Part shown: in pieces, positions 1 to 12,846 of the stretch
Layout of the letters: each line of letters starts with the position of its first letter
How positions within the stretch are numbered: the first letter of the stretch is position 1
The notes under the pieces: model-generated
Database searches by the model: none
Seen by the model: the letters and a program-made list of their open reading frames with translations, nothing else
Told to the model about the DNA's origin: nothing
Assembly (NCBI GenBank): GCA_016748015.1
Contig: JAAOMT010000302.1
Span: 1 to 64,000, forward strand
Length of the DNA stretch: 64,000 nucleotides
Source of the DNA: Geosiphon pyriformis uo1
Taxonomy: Eukaryota > Fungi > Glomeromycota
Reading direction: 5' to 3'
Made by a program: the position numbers and the translations under genes

Positions 1-639
1 GGTACCGCTTCGGGAACTACTAATAATAAACTTGATTAATTGATTTTTGTTAACTGTAATATTGTAGATTTATATAAACATGATAGAAGTTGAAGCAAAA
101 GAAATTGCTATCCGAAAATATTATTCTTGTTTATAATTATGAGACGCAAAATTGAGAATAATATGCTTCTCATGAAAGACCTAATATTTTAAAATTTTTT
201 GAAACCTTCGAATTATTCTCGCTTTTCGTGCTAGTGATTCATATCATATTGATCGCATATTATTTATAAAGATGTTTGTTTCGATTTATGTCCCACCATT
301 GGGGGAAATAGAAGGATCACAAAAATACAAAATATCTTCATTGCTCTCTGTGCTCTTTCCTATGAAGAGTGAAGCCAAATAACAAGTTGTATTCTTTTGT
401 TTTAAATTAAAAAAAACCTAGTTTTTAAAATTATAACCTGACATTGGATTTCATTTTCTTCAACTTATAAAGATAGATTAACTCTCAAATTAACAATTAA
501 AGTAACGAAAGCCCTTTTTTCTTTACAGGTTATTATTAAATATTTTACAAGCGTGAATGAAACTTGAAAATCTGGCTATATGCAAATAATTCACATTTTC
601 ATTCCATGCGCCGATCAGAAATCATATAAATCGTTAGAT

Positions 640-1646
640 AGGCTGCATCTACAAATTTTTTTCCAATTCTAAATTCCCGATCCGTCCAGAACTGGGTATC
701 TATCTTCATTTTGCCATAAAACTTGCCAAAGAGTGTGGCCAATTGATACTTGATGGATCAAAAGCACGATATACTGCCGAAAAAGATTTTTATGAGAAAT
801 ATGGGAACCCAATTGATTTGGTTACTGAAACAGATAAAAAAGTTGAACAGTTGGTGCGATCAAAATTGGGCGCAGAGTATCCGAAACATAGGCAAGTTTG
901 CTTTATGAAATATTTTCAATCAATTTATTTTGAAAGTTTGTTCTCCAATTGGGTCTGTTCTTTACAAGATTTATCGGCGAAGAAATAGTTGCTACTGGAG
1001 AAAAGTGTGAGCTCACAAAGAACCAACCTGGATCGTTGACCCTATAGGTAAGCTTTATTGATTTTTACAAATAAAATTATCGGTTTGGCTTTTCATACAC
1101 AAAAAGAAATCTTGTACCAAATTAAATTCTTAAAATTGCAAGATGGAACTACGAACTTCGTACACGGGCAAGTTTTTACTTAGACTCATGCGAGAAAACT
1201 AACTCCAAATTCCACGATTAGATTCCCTTTTGTCGCTATTTCAATCGGTTTAGTGTTCGACAAAGTACCTGTAATTGGAGTAATTTATAATCCCTTTTTG
1301 AATGAAGTATATTCCCAAAATTTTGCTTTACTCTTGAAAATTTCTCATTGCCTAGTCATCCTCGAACATATATTTTAAAATTTATTCACCAGCTATACAC
1401 AGCATCCAAAGGAAATGGTGCATTTTTGAACCTTACGACACAACTTCCCTTATCACATCCACATGCGCCCCTCACTTTACCTCTAGACCTAGGCCCATTG
1501 TCTTGTGGGTACCGAGATGGGTCATGATAGAACTCCATCAGTCGTCAACAAAAAAATAAATTCAATCCATAAAATGGTATCCCAACCAAGGCAGAATTCA
1601 TGGAGCTCCAAGAAAGCAGGATTAGTCCATGGCATTAGAAGTACTG
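640..1646 (+). pseudogene. Inositol monophosphatase (IMPase) family pseudogene, 3'-truncated
   Basis: Exons ~640-891, 969-1047, 1143-1167, 1222-1306 and 1393-1646 give ...YLHFAIKLAKECG...DLVTETDKKVE...FIGEE...[26 protein letters not shown]...GVIYNP...LYTASKGNGAFLN...VHGIRST, including the diagnostic DPIDGT motif. Frameshifts at ~1019 and ~1493, no in-frame ATG, and the C-terminal GSAA/WDxAA half is absent. Introns 892-968 and 1168-1221 have GC donors (GCAAGT). Confidence 0.9.
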
Positions 1647-2167
1647 AGAATAATGCTCTATGATTCATGTAAACATTTAACGTTATCATCATCCCACCCT
1701 CCAATGCAAGCCAGATAGAGAGAAAGACCCAAAAACGGAAGATTAATTCCAAGACGGTTCAAAAGATAATGACATGAGCACACTCAAGATTCAGAAAGAG
1801 GCTTTTATTAAAAACCCCGAGAAATGTGGAAAACAAGTGTGCACAGTCTCAAAAGCATATACAAGCAAGATCTGTAGTCAATGTGGGTGGATCAACAAAA
1901 AACTTGGAGGAAAGAAGTCCTTCTGTTGCCATGGGTGCAACTTGAGACTCTGACACTTTACTAAATTCTGTCATCAACAATATGTCTGTGAATGGTAGCA
2001 TTTTTTTTTTTTAAAAAAAATGAGAATAGATTTATTATAAAAATAAATAAACAGCTGGAGCTAACAACGATGATGATAACAATGATGACGACAGTGCCAG
2101 GGTGGGATAAGATCGGGCGAGCACTTAAAAAAACATACAGCTGTCCTTTGGGGCACCAGTTGAATGA
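1647..2167 (+). mobile_element. Degenerate Fanzor2 / IS607-type TnpB RNA-guided endonuclease, C-terminal fragment
   Basis: Translation across stops and a frameshift: TFNVIIIPPSNASQIERKTQKRKINSKTVQKIMT*AHSRFRKRLLLKT/EKCGKQVCTVSKAYTSKICSQCGWINKKLGGKKSFCCHGCNLRL (to 1950). After a ~160 bp insert it resumes at 2111 as DR...KNIQL, a decayed DRDxNGARNI. This fits the RuvC-II, CxxC..CxxC zinc ribbon and RuvC-III pattern of Fanzor2. Confidence 0.85.
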
Positions 2168-2220
2168 TAGGTTATGTTGACTAATAATAGTCAATGTTGT
2201 GTATCATTGTACGACTCAAT
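2168..2220 (+). ncRNA. Possible remnant of the Fanzor omegaRNA scaffold / element right end
   Basis: Two adjacent hairpins just after the Fanzor stop: TTGACTA-ataa-TAGTCAA (2177-2194, extendable with G-U pairs) and GTTGTGTA-tcat-TGTACGAC (2196-2215, G-U rich). The position matches where TnpB/Fanzor omegaRNAs are encoded. Confidence 0.35.
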
Positions 2221-3450
2221 TCATCCGTTCACTTGATCTAAAGTTTCATGTCTCATATAAAATTTCTTATTCATGTAAAAGAAAGGTAAAAATTTGATTA
2301 GTTAGATTTACCAAAACAAGCCATAAAAGGACTAGTAATATACCCAAACAAAAGAATGAAAGCATTAGTTTTTGGCTGAAGAAAGAAATTCGTTAAAGAA
2401 GATGGTTGGTTGGTTGGTTGGTTAATAAATGACAAAGGAATTATAAATTGGACAAAAGATATGAACCCATCCAATTCTTTGGTATCAAGAGTAACTAATA
2501 GTATGAATAAATGTGGTATCATTAATGGGCAGGACGATAAGTTTCGAGCAAAGATCTGTTTTTGATAAATATTATCGCGATGGAAAAAGGACTTTGTTTT
2601 AGTATCCCTTGTAGGAAAAAACATTTTCCAAAAAATATCGTAGTAACTCGCTACGCTAAAGATTCCCTTTCTATAATAAGAATGTCTGAACGTAATAATC
2701 TATTATCGTGAGAATAAATATTGTCATTTACAAACAGATTTATGCATTAAAAAGTCAAGTTGTACAATTAATTGTTTACTTCCACAGCCAGGAAACTAGA
2801 TTCAAATGAAAATTCTAATTGGAAACAGATTTAACATTTTTACAATGTTCGAGGCTTTTTTGTGTAGCCAGCTAGTAATAACAATGATAACAAGAATTTG
2901 AGACTTTCTGTGTAACTGATAAAAAATGTGTATAACAAAAGGAAAATTCGATTTTTCAAAAAAAAGATAAAAATCAAAAAACTGAATTGAAAAGAATTCT
3001 ATAGTCAAATTGTCTAAAACATACTTTTTGTCCATATTACAATTGACTGTGACGAACGAGAAAGGGTTACAGATTATTGGCTATTTATTTTTACGTTAAC
3101 ACCTTTTTCAAGCTTTAAAATAATACATGTCAAAAAAGATTTTACTTCTAAATTGAGTAATTTTATCGGTTACAATGAAGCATTAATTTATTTCAAAAAA
3201 AAAGAAAAAAAAGAACTGATTTACAAAAATATATGTCTACTTATTCCTTTTTAAAACTAAATTGTCATAAATTGATTGAAAAATTTCTATGAGTTTGAGG
3301 GAAAAAAGTAATTATATCCCATTCGTTCCTTCTGTTCATTAAATTTTCGACATAAAAATACCTTAATAATCAAAATATTAAAAGAAATATTCATGAATTG
3401 TCAAAGGTATTTTGAGTTTGACCAACAGATACATGTGAACTTTAACAAGT

Positions 3451-3942
3451 TTAACCGGTTAACACCTTGATGAACCCGAGAATGCAAAGTGCTGTAATAA
3501 TTTTTTTGTTAAATCAAAAAAAAATGTTAAATATTGGGAGAGAGAGAGAGAGAGAGAAAGAGAAAGAGAAAAACCACTCACTAGATATGGCCATACAAAT
3601 TAAGACAAATAATATTGTATAAATATAGCCCCTTTTTGGATGTTGAATGAATAGAAGCGTTGAATGTCGATATTCAGGCGAATATTTGTATCGGTCCTAA
3701 TATTGAATTTGATAGTTTTTTTTTTCAAATTTCAACGTTCGACCTCTTAAAAACTTCTTTACAAGTTAAAAAAGATCAAAACTAAAGCTTACTTCATTAT
3801 TATGGAATCGAGGTATTATATGTATAATGGTCTCTTTTGCTTCTTGAGGACGATCTCGTACGTGAGCTTTTTCTGGTTCGAATGCATATGGTTGTGAAAG
3901 ATATGGTTCCGCTAGGAATGATGCTTGTTTCATTGCTTTCAT
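3451..3942 (-). CDS. Small tail-anchored membrane protein, family member A (101 aa, 3 exons)
   Basis: Exons 3942-3793, 3696-3582 and 3491-3451 with GTAAGC..TAG and GTGAGT..CAG introns splice in frame to MKAMKQASFLAEPYLSQPYAFEPEKAHVRDRPQEAKETIIHIIPRFHNNE|DRYKYSPEYRHSTLLFIQHPKRGYIYTILFVLICMAIS|TLCILGFIKVLTG*. An extra upstream exon is possible. Confidence 0.8.
3538..3570. repeat. (AG)n microsatellite inside an intron of member A
   Basis: gagagagagagagagagagaaagagaaagagaa. Confidence 0.9.
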
Positions 3943-4006
3943 TATGTCGTTTCTTTTAACTTGATAATTATTTGTTAAAATTTAATAATAATTTTAATAA
4001 TAATTA

Positions 4007-4037
<31 letters not shown>

Positions 4038-5562
4038 GATCCTTCAAAACCTGCTAAACAGCAAATTTTTGAAAAGCAGATTGAGAAGAAATTTACTGAA
4101 TATATAGCTTTCTGTTTTACCCTATTATTTACCTTCGATTGGGCTCAATCCTGCAGCACCTAAATAAAAGTGGTACCATGATATTTCTGTTTATCATTTT
4201 CACCAATGAAAGTATAATCTTTAATATTAGGATGATTCATTTTATTGGATTCATTTGTTGGAATTTCTCTCTAATTAAATTTCCAGATAAATCGGGTAAG
4301 ATTCTGAACCCCATTTACGATTTACTTTAGCTAAAACAAGCGAAAACGCTTCCAAGTGGAAATGAATGATGAACGACGCATAATGAGAAATATACATGTG
4401 GATTCGATATGTAAATCTTTTTTTTTTTTTTTTAAAAATAAAACAAATCGATTTCGTTTCATTTTTGTCATATTAATTCTACTTATCCCTAGAGTTTAGA
4501 AGTGAATAATCGAATTTAATTTTAAACGTTCAGATTAATATCACCGGTATTCCTAACAAAAAAATAATTAATCCCAATCAAAAACTATTATTTTTAAAAT
4601 TCTAATTTAAGATCGAGTCACGATTTTGACACTTTTCACCATCATAAATAATGTAAGTTTTGAGGTCATTTTAAACCAATAAATAAAAAAGATATTCGGA
4701 AAAAAGATTAAATAAGTGAAACAGGAGTTTTATATAACAGCCAAAAAAATTGAAATATTGTAGTTGTGAAAAACTTTTTTTTTTTAGCATTATCATCAAA
4801 TCATGCCAAATTAGTTACTAATTTCTTATCATATTAAAATCCCTGTTGGAATTGAGACTAGCGCGATTTATTATACAATGTACCATAAGAAATCTATTTG
4901 GTAGAACAAAATGATTGGATAATGAAATCTTTGAAACTTTTCATAATTAGTAAACTTTGTTTTGCTGGCAGTTAGGTTCCTAAAAAAATTTATTTCACAA
5001 GATTTAAATTTAAGCTAATAAAATATTAATGAAATTTAAAAAAAAAAAAAAAAAAAAATTTATTTGAATCTCGTAAAGAAATTTGTAAAGAAATTTTATT
5101 ACTGATAATTAAATAAAAAATTATTTATTTCTTTAACATTAAAACCTGATTGAAATTATAATGTGATTTTATTTTAAAAAAAAAAATTTACTTATCTATA
5201 ATTAAAATAAAAAAATAAATTTATTTGGCTATAAATGGTTGAATAAGTTTATAATAAATTCAGATTAAAATAAATTAAAAATAATTTAACTCTTAATACT
5301 GTTGAAAAAAATTCAGTATTTTTTAAACTATGAAATAAAAATAAAAATAAAAATAACTTTTTTATCAAAATATTTTAATTCACAATAAATAAAAGTAAAA
5401 GGGTTTGGGAAATATGACGTAAGTTATTTAATCTAGTATGGCCAATGCCATTCATTTAATAGCAGATGCATGTAACCGATTTTCTTTTAAGTCGATCAGT
5501 CACTATGATCCACAAAGTTTTATGATAAAATTTTTTTCATTGCCTCTAACAACCCATCTGTT

Positions 5563-7891
5563 ATGATCAAACCTTTTTCAAAAAAAAAATTTCCAATTTT
5601 ATTCGTCAGAAATTGGTATTGTCAAATATTAAAAAGAATTTCGGCATACCAGTCAAGAAATGTCGCTCACGATGCCTATGAAAATTTCACACAACATCGG
5701 CAGCCAGATAATGAACGCGGGAAAAATACTTACCCCCAAAAATCATCTACCACTGAGAAACGAGATTTGAATGATCGGGACATTAAAAAGAGACCCAAAG
5801 AGCTTCTTAAACTTTCAAGTTACGTTACTCCTTCATTAAAAATTTTGACTTATGATCAAATTAGTATCGATTCGCAAGCAACTCAAAAAGAACCGTTTCT
5901 AAATCAATCCAAAGATAAAAATAGTTGGCATTTAAAGAAAAGTTCCGATTTCAGTCATGAACCATCATTAAAAAATTATTCAGCCAAAAATTATCATTCT
6001 ACGGAACGCCGCAAGCCTGAAAATTTCTCAAACATTCAATCCAAAGATTGGAGCCGAGACAATAAAGAGAAATTCAATCAGAGCCATCAACTTACAAGAT
6101 TATCTCAAATTCAAAACGAAAAATTCAATCATCGAGACCTGGAAAATCTATCTAATTTATCTCGGAGTCAAAGTTATGTAAATAAGCCTCAAAGTGCCAA
6201 GAAAGTCAAATTGGAAGAAAACTCTTTGAATGAGAGTAATCCAGCTCAAAATACTTTCAAAATCCAGTCAAAAGAGCGGATGACTGAAATCTCTGTAAAG
6301 AACTCGAACAAAATTCAAATTAAAAAGGTCAACAGTGATACCTCTGAAAAGGATCAAAGTACAGAGTCTATATTTCATTTTGAAAAATCAACGTTACAAC
6401 TCATAGATTTGGCTTACATAAATAATGATTTGCGACAAAAGTTGCAAGCCGTACTGGGTAAAGATTTATCAAGAGATATTTCAAAGCACAAGCTTAAACC
6501 TCAAATTGAAGAAAAAATTATGGATTTAAGGAAAATATACGTTGGTTAGTTCGAAAGCATAAAATTTTCAAGATTCAAATGACTCGAGTGACTAATTGAT
6601 CTCAATCAATACAATTTAATTTTTACCTTGGCTGTCCATTTTCAAAACATAAAAAGAAAATAAAGAGCCACCCCAACCTCCTGAGATAAATTGCAAATAT
6701 TATGTCACTCCTAAAATCTCCAAAAAAATAGTGGAAAGTCTACTCTCCACTGATTTTGATCATTCATTTCTAATCGAACATGTGGGTTCTGGCAAAACAA
6801 CAGCTCTGAAGGTGGCCAAATATCTACTTGAACAGAAAAAAAAAGTTCTGCCCATTTACTTGTCATTGGCTGAAATCAAGGCTCAGAGAATTGCAAGTCC
6901 AAGAATTTGGCGTCATGTTTTTGAACAAATTTCTAGTCTCACTGGAATTTCTGTTCAAGAAAGTTGGGAAGATTGCGTTTTTGCATTGCAAGAAGAGTTT
7001 CCAAATTATAAAATTCCAATCCTTCTTGATGATGCTGAGATACTTTGTAAATACGGAAAAAGTCCAATTACACGTGAGTTTCTAGAATTGCTGGAATATC
7101 GTCTAGTAAATGATCGAAACGAGTGTAGAACTCGAATATCTTTTCTACTGTGTGGGACACACGACTTTATGAATTTTTTGAAAACTCTGAAAACTTCCAA
7201 ACGTCTTTTTACGCGGCCACATCCTGACGGAAGGCCAACAGGTGATATACATGGCCATATTTTCGAAAGCCGTGATAGTTTACATTTTCAACCACAGGAG
7301 ATTCAGCTACTAATCAAGCAATTGAAAAATGAAAAGACAATAAAAATCAACGAAGGTGATTTCGCTAAAAAGATCTTCACACTCACAAAAGGATATCCTG
7401 ACCTAACAAGAATCTGTATTGAAGAGATTGAAAACTGTAGTGAAGATCGACAACCCAATAAACAGACTTCAATGACGGTTGACGAATATACCAACTGGAT
7501 CAACCAAGATAACAGACTTTTGTTGAAATTAAAAGAAACCACTCCATACAGGGAAATCTTAAAAGTAATTGTCACCAAAATTTCGACAAATCGCACGAAC
7601 CAGAGTATCTGTTTTTCAAAAACTCTTGAGGGTCCTTGGCTGGAATCTAAGCAGTTCAGGGCTAAGCTCTTAAGCCTTGGATTTCTCACTTTTGATGATC
7701 CTCAAAGGCACTACATACCTTTTAAATATGATTTCAAGGAACATGAACATGCAGAATTATTTTATCCACAAACTCCCTTATTATGGGCATTGGTAAATTA
7801 TTACATAAAGAAAAACTGCAATCCAGGATCTATTAAATGGCCACCTCACTGGGAGAAGTTGGGATTTTCACCAGAAGTCAGTGAAATCTAA
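5563..7891 (+). CDS. P-loop NTPase (AAA/STAND-like) with long low-complexity N-terminus, ~738 aa, 2 exons
   Basis: ORFs 5563-6549 and 6731-7891 join in frame through intron 6545-6656 (GTTAGT..AAG). Walker A-like FLIEHVGSGKTT, Walker B ILLDDAE, sensor-like FLLCGT and a GxP motif TKGYP. Confidence 0.75.
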
Positions 7892-9090
7892 GGAACAAAC
7901 TTTATAGATCGTTATAAAGGAATCTAAAATTTTTCAAAAGCTTTTTCAGAATTTTTGATTCAATAATCTTTTGTTTTCCAAGTCCTGTGATTTTATTTCT
8001 AACTAGTGAATTCATTCGTGAACTTCAAATAATACATAGGTTGTTTTCATGACTTTTGCCAAAGTTGGATAAAGTGTTTATCATCATATATAATTTTTTT
8101 AAAATGTCCACTGTTTTTCATATGAAAAATTATTTTGATTGGTAAAGTTTTCATTTAATCAAGTATTATTGGTACTTTGTTTAATGTTTCTATTTTAATA
8201 TATATTTCTTTAATCCAACTGGAAATTAAAAAAAGTTTAAAAAAAGGATTTGAGAAGAACTAATGTTTGAAAAAACATTATTAAAATTTTCAAAATTTAT
8301 TATTTTTCAAATTTTAGCATTGATTTTATTTATTTATTTTTAATACTAATTAGAATCCGACAGTATTTAGTGATGAAACAGTTTTTTTCAATTATTTAAA
8401 CTGTTAATGGAAGAATGACCAATTTGTAATATTTTTAAATTTCTTGAAAATTTAGAGATTCATTAAAAATAAAGATATTGTTCATAAGAAAAATTTATAT
8501 CACGTTTCTAGAAATCACCCAGTTTTTGAAACCACTAGTTTCTCATGAGATTATATTTTTTTTTAAATTTTAAACATCATTTTCAAAGAGAAATTGAAAT
8601 TTCGAATTGTTATTTCATCTTTCATCTTTCAACATTAAATTCTGATTTTCAAAAATTTCGATAATTATAAAATAAAAAAAAAGTCAATTATTTGATAATT
8701 GAATCAAATCTAGAAATACAACAAAAAGTGGTTTGTGTATTGAAAAGAAGTCATAGTGAGAGTCTCGAATTTCCAGCTCTCTTTTAGGAATTGATAAATA
8801 CAAAAATTTTACATTGGCGAAAATAATTATTTTTTGAATATTGATTCGATTAATTTTCTAAGAATGATAGTAAAAGTTTTTGTCATTTCTAATATTATCG
8901 TAAAACTAAAAATCGGGAAATCTTGAAATGGAAGAGTCCGTGCGGAAATTTGCTTGGTTGGCTGTTTGATAAAGATTTCCAGCTTTGGAAAAAGCTAACC
9001 TATGAAAATTCTATTCTTATCTGAGATTTTATTGTTGTCCATCGAAGCAAGTATTAGCTCTCAGAGTGTAAATCAATTCAAAAAGTTTCA

Positions 9091-9604
9091 TTAATTGTCA
9101 ACATCTCTATGTAAAATAAATGTTAGAATAACTTTCAAAATTCAAAATTCAAAATCAAATGACTCACATCAAAATTGTTAATGTAATAGCCACAATCAAT
9201 GTGACTGGTACCAGTAGCAGCAATATATAAATACAACAAAACTCGGCACATGCAGCCATCCTTTGATTTCTAATTGCCCATCGATAACAAGAAGGCCACA
9301 AAGCCCTTAACCAAAAACATCCACTTTCTTGGGTAGCTATCCAATCATATTTTTTCTCCTCGTACTTGTCAATCACCAATGCAAATTCTGTTATGGAACT
9401 TTCACCTGAATATGAGTCTGTATCCCATCTTTGAATTATTTTCGTAGATTGGTTACAGGTGGTGATAGAATGCTTGGATGGAGATGATAGATGTGAGATG
9501 TGAGCTACTTCTGGATTGGGAAGATTTGGAAATTTTGAGTAACAAGGTTGGTAGGCTGGCTGTGGTATTGTGATCCTTAAAATTTCAGAGTATCTTTGTT
9601 CCAT
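9091..9604 (-). CDS. Small Cys-rich membrane protein with C-terminal TM helix (~150 aa)
   Basis: ATG at 9604 (MEQRYSEILRITIPQPAYQP...PEVAH...AACAEFCCIYILLLLVPVTLIVAITLTIL). A probable 61 nt intron 9167-9107 (GTGAGT..CTAAC..TAG) gives the end IDVDN*. Confidence 0.7.
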
Positions 9605-11819
9605 TTGATCAGAGTTTAGAGGTCCACTTGACAGAAAACTAGTGAACAAACAAACGACTTCAATTCACCACTCTATAAAATATTTCTTTAGTTATAACAT
9701 GTGAAAGAGCTACTAATCCTTTTAAAAACTCTTCCAAAAAAGTTTTTTTTTTTTTAAAAGCAAACCATCAGAAACTGTCAACATAATATGTTTGATCAAC
9801 CGTGTGAACTTGTGATGGGATGATTTTCAAATCAAATACCAAGAATGGTCGGAACCGGGATATTAAAACAACTTTCATGACAAGCGTTGACACCACAAGA
9901 GCGTCATAATAGGGGGATTCGAGGTTTTTCTGGAGTGACATGTTTCATTATGAATATAAATGAGACAGATGTAATAGATCATGTAACAGACTTCGACGGG
10001 AACTAAACTAGCTCATCCGTTATTATTTTGATTAACTATGACAAAAACAATAATGTGACTTTTTTGAGCCAGTGTTACCTTCACTATTGTCTTTTAATTG
10101 TTCCAAAATGAATGATAAATTCCATGTGAATTTTGAAGTTTTGAAAGAGAATCTTTGATTAGCTTAGCGAGTGATTAGAGTTGAAGTGCTCATAAATTTG
10201 TCGTTTCGTGAGAATTTGGGCAACCAGTTATGTAGAATCTCAAAAAAAGAGTTGATCGAATTAGTGTTTCGGACATTAATTTCTCCATCAGATTTCCATA
10301 GTAAGTTTAGGACGATGTGCAGGAAAGGTTTTGATGTATGGGAATCTAGAATGCTGCCTGTCAAAACCACGTTGAACTTTTTATCCTTTCACACTTATTT
10401 AAATTTAATCTTTTATTAAAATGTGACTGATATGACTTTTCATCAAATATTTTGAACTCGTGCCTATATCTCGTTAAGGTTTATTCACTTTACAGAGCTC
10501 AAAAATAAAATATTTTCAATGAAATTCCTCTTTTTATTTAAGAACAAAAGTCAATTTTACAATGGCAACGTGATGAAAAATCTTAAGGTCTCTAGTAGAT
10601 TAATCCTAAACATGAGTTTGATGAGTTTTTTTTTTCGGGTATGAGTTAAAATATCATTACACCAGCTACCCAATTTCTCTTATATTGTAAAAAAATATAA
10701 AATAAAAAATATTTAAAAATAATTCCTCATAATCACAAAAATCACATGATTTTAAGGAATTTTGAATTTTCATTCAATTGGGAAGTAATTTTATCAATTT
10801 TATTGAAAACTAATATTTTTAAAATTGACAAATAATAAAATGAATTTGAGAATTTGAGCAAAAAAAAAAAGCAATCAAGCTTCCAATTTATTTAGGCTAA
10901 AAAATAAATAAAAAAGTAATAAATTTTTATTTAAAATTTTATAATAGAAAAAATTTTAAATTCATAGATTCTCATTTTAAATCAATAAGTTTGTTGAGGA
11001 AAAATCTTTTGGATCATTATTTGCCTAATTCTACTGAATTCAATATTTTTTAACTTTTTTTTTTATTTGTTAAATGTAAAATGATCTGTGATTCGAAAAT
11101 ACAATTTCAATATTTATCCAAATAATTTCTATAATCTGACAATTAATTAAATAAAAGGAAAGTGAAATTATTTAATTTTTAAAATTTAATAATATTTAAT
11201 TATAAACATGAAAGAAATAGTTATAAATAGCATTTTAACAAAAAAGACGTCGTCGTCAAAATTACATATTTTTTCTGTAGCAAAGAATAAAAAATAAAAG
11301 TTCAAAATTTGTTTGCATGTAATAATTATTTTCTAAAATTATAGAGAAATTCTGTACAAAAGGAGTGGTAGTGTATTAAAATTATTGATTTTTTGTTGAG
11401 AACCAAATTCCTTTATTGAATAAATATTACAGTTTTTTTTGTTTTTTTTAACAAAAAAATTTTAAATATATCAAAAATGAAAAAGCATATATATTTAAAG
11501 AAAATTTTCTATTAAAATTTTCATTTATTCATTATTATGACCTAATTTCAAGATTATCAACCAGTTTGTTATATATAAAATACGAAAAAAATGTCGAGAT
11601 TATGATATCTCGCCATTGAAGGATTAAACGTGACCAAAAAGTAAAAATAGAATTAAGATCACAAATATTATTTTAATTCTGACCGGTTCGGTCAACGAAC
11701 GAAAAGGTCTAAATATATATAAATATAAATGCTTTAAAATTTCACAAAATATAAAAATAAATATAAAAATTTTTTCTTTATTTCATAAAACGTTTTTAAA
11801 TAAATCTTTTTATTTCAAT

Positions 11820-12620
11820 ATCTCAGATTTCACAAAAAAGACGCTCCCGAATATATACATTGCGAAAAGAAGGATATACGGCCAGCGAAATTGCTGTATC
11901 AGAGCAGGTAGCTTTGGTTTCTGTTCTAAACATTTGCAAAAATAAAGAAGAAACTGGGAGTTTCATTGATAAACCAAAACCTGGTCTTTAGGATCATTAT
12001 GAACGAAATGCCATCCGATTGATAAACATCTAGAAAATTTTCCACTGCCCTTGAAGTCTAAAACCAACTCCAAGCTCAACTAGAACTCCATTTATTTTTT
12101 TTAATGGAAAGCGTAAGGTGCGTATACTCTAGTGGCACAGATTTTGTACCAAAATTAAGGACAAAAACGTCGCATGGCTTGAGCATTGAATGATTGGTGA
12201 CTCCTGTCTGAGGAAAGCAAGCACCAGTTATTCGGGTCAGAAGGGCAAAAATTGATGGCAGATTATGACGTATATATATTGAATAATAATATATATTTTG
12301 GAGATAATGCTGAATAAAGACAAAATTTTTTCCAGCAGGATATGATCAGACCACACACACTTCCAAAAAAGCAAGAAATTTGGTTTTGCGAAAATGATAT
12401 CTTATTACTAGATTGACCATCTCAGTTTCCTGACTTAAATTCAATCAAGCATTTATTGGGAATGACATGTATATGCGTATGCGAAGACTTTCTGGTCCAC
12501 TTTCCAATAAAGATGAGCTATGGGAAAATTACAAATTGACTTGAATAACATCGAAATCAATTTTTGTGAAAGTTTAATTCATTCAATGTCAAAAAAAGGG
12601 TTTAAGGATGTAAGGTGGAA
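11820..12620 (+). mobile_element. Tc1/mariner transposase relic
   Basis: HTH region IYTLRKEGYTASEIAVSEQVALVSVLNICKNKEETGSFIDKPKPG, then decayed SEESKHQLFGSEG, FFQQD...HTSKKARN and LLLD*PSQFPDLNSIKHL motifs with many stops, frameshifts and deletions. TIRs not identified. Confidence 0.85.
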
Positions 12621-12685
12621 ATACAGATCATTAGTTTTAGCTTTGTTGTAATTTAATGTGTGTGTTTTTTCTACCAGCTTTCAAC

Positions 12686-12790
12686 ACATACATACATACA
12701 TACATACATACTTACTTACATACTTACTTATTTACTTACTTACTTATTTACTTACTTACTTACTTATTTACTTACTTACTTACTTACTTA

Positions 12791-12834
<44 letters not shown>

Positions 12835-12846
12835 TTTACTTACTTA
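12686..12846. repeat. Compound tetranucleotide microsatellite (TACA)n(TACT/TATT)n
   Basis: Directly visible; it generates the spurious TYLL-repeat ORFs. Confidence 0.97.

Noticed and set aside
11680-11694. TGACCG-gtt-CGGTCA hairpin upstream of the Tc1 relic
   Set aside because: Only a 6 bp stem with no matching partner at the other end of the element, so it cannot be called a TIR or terminator.
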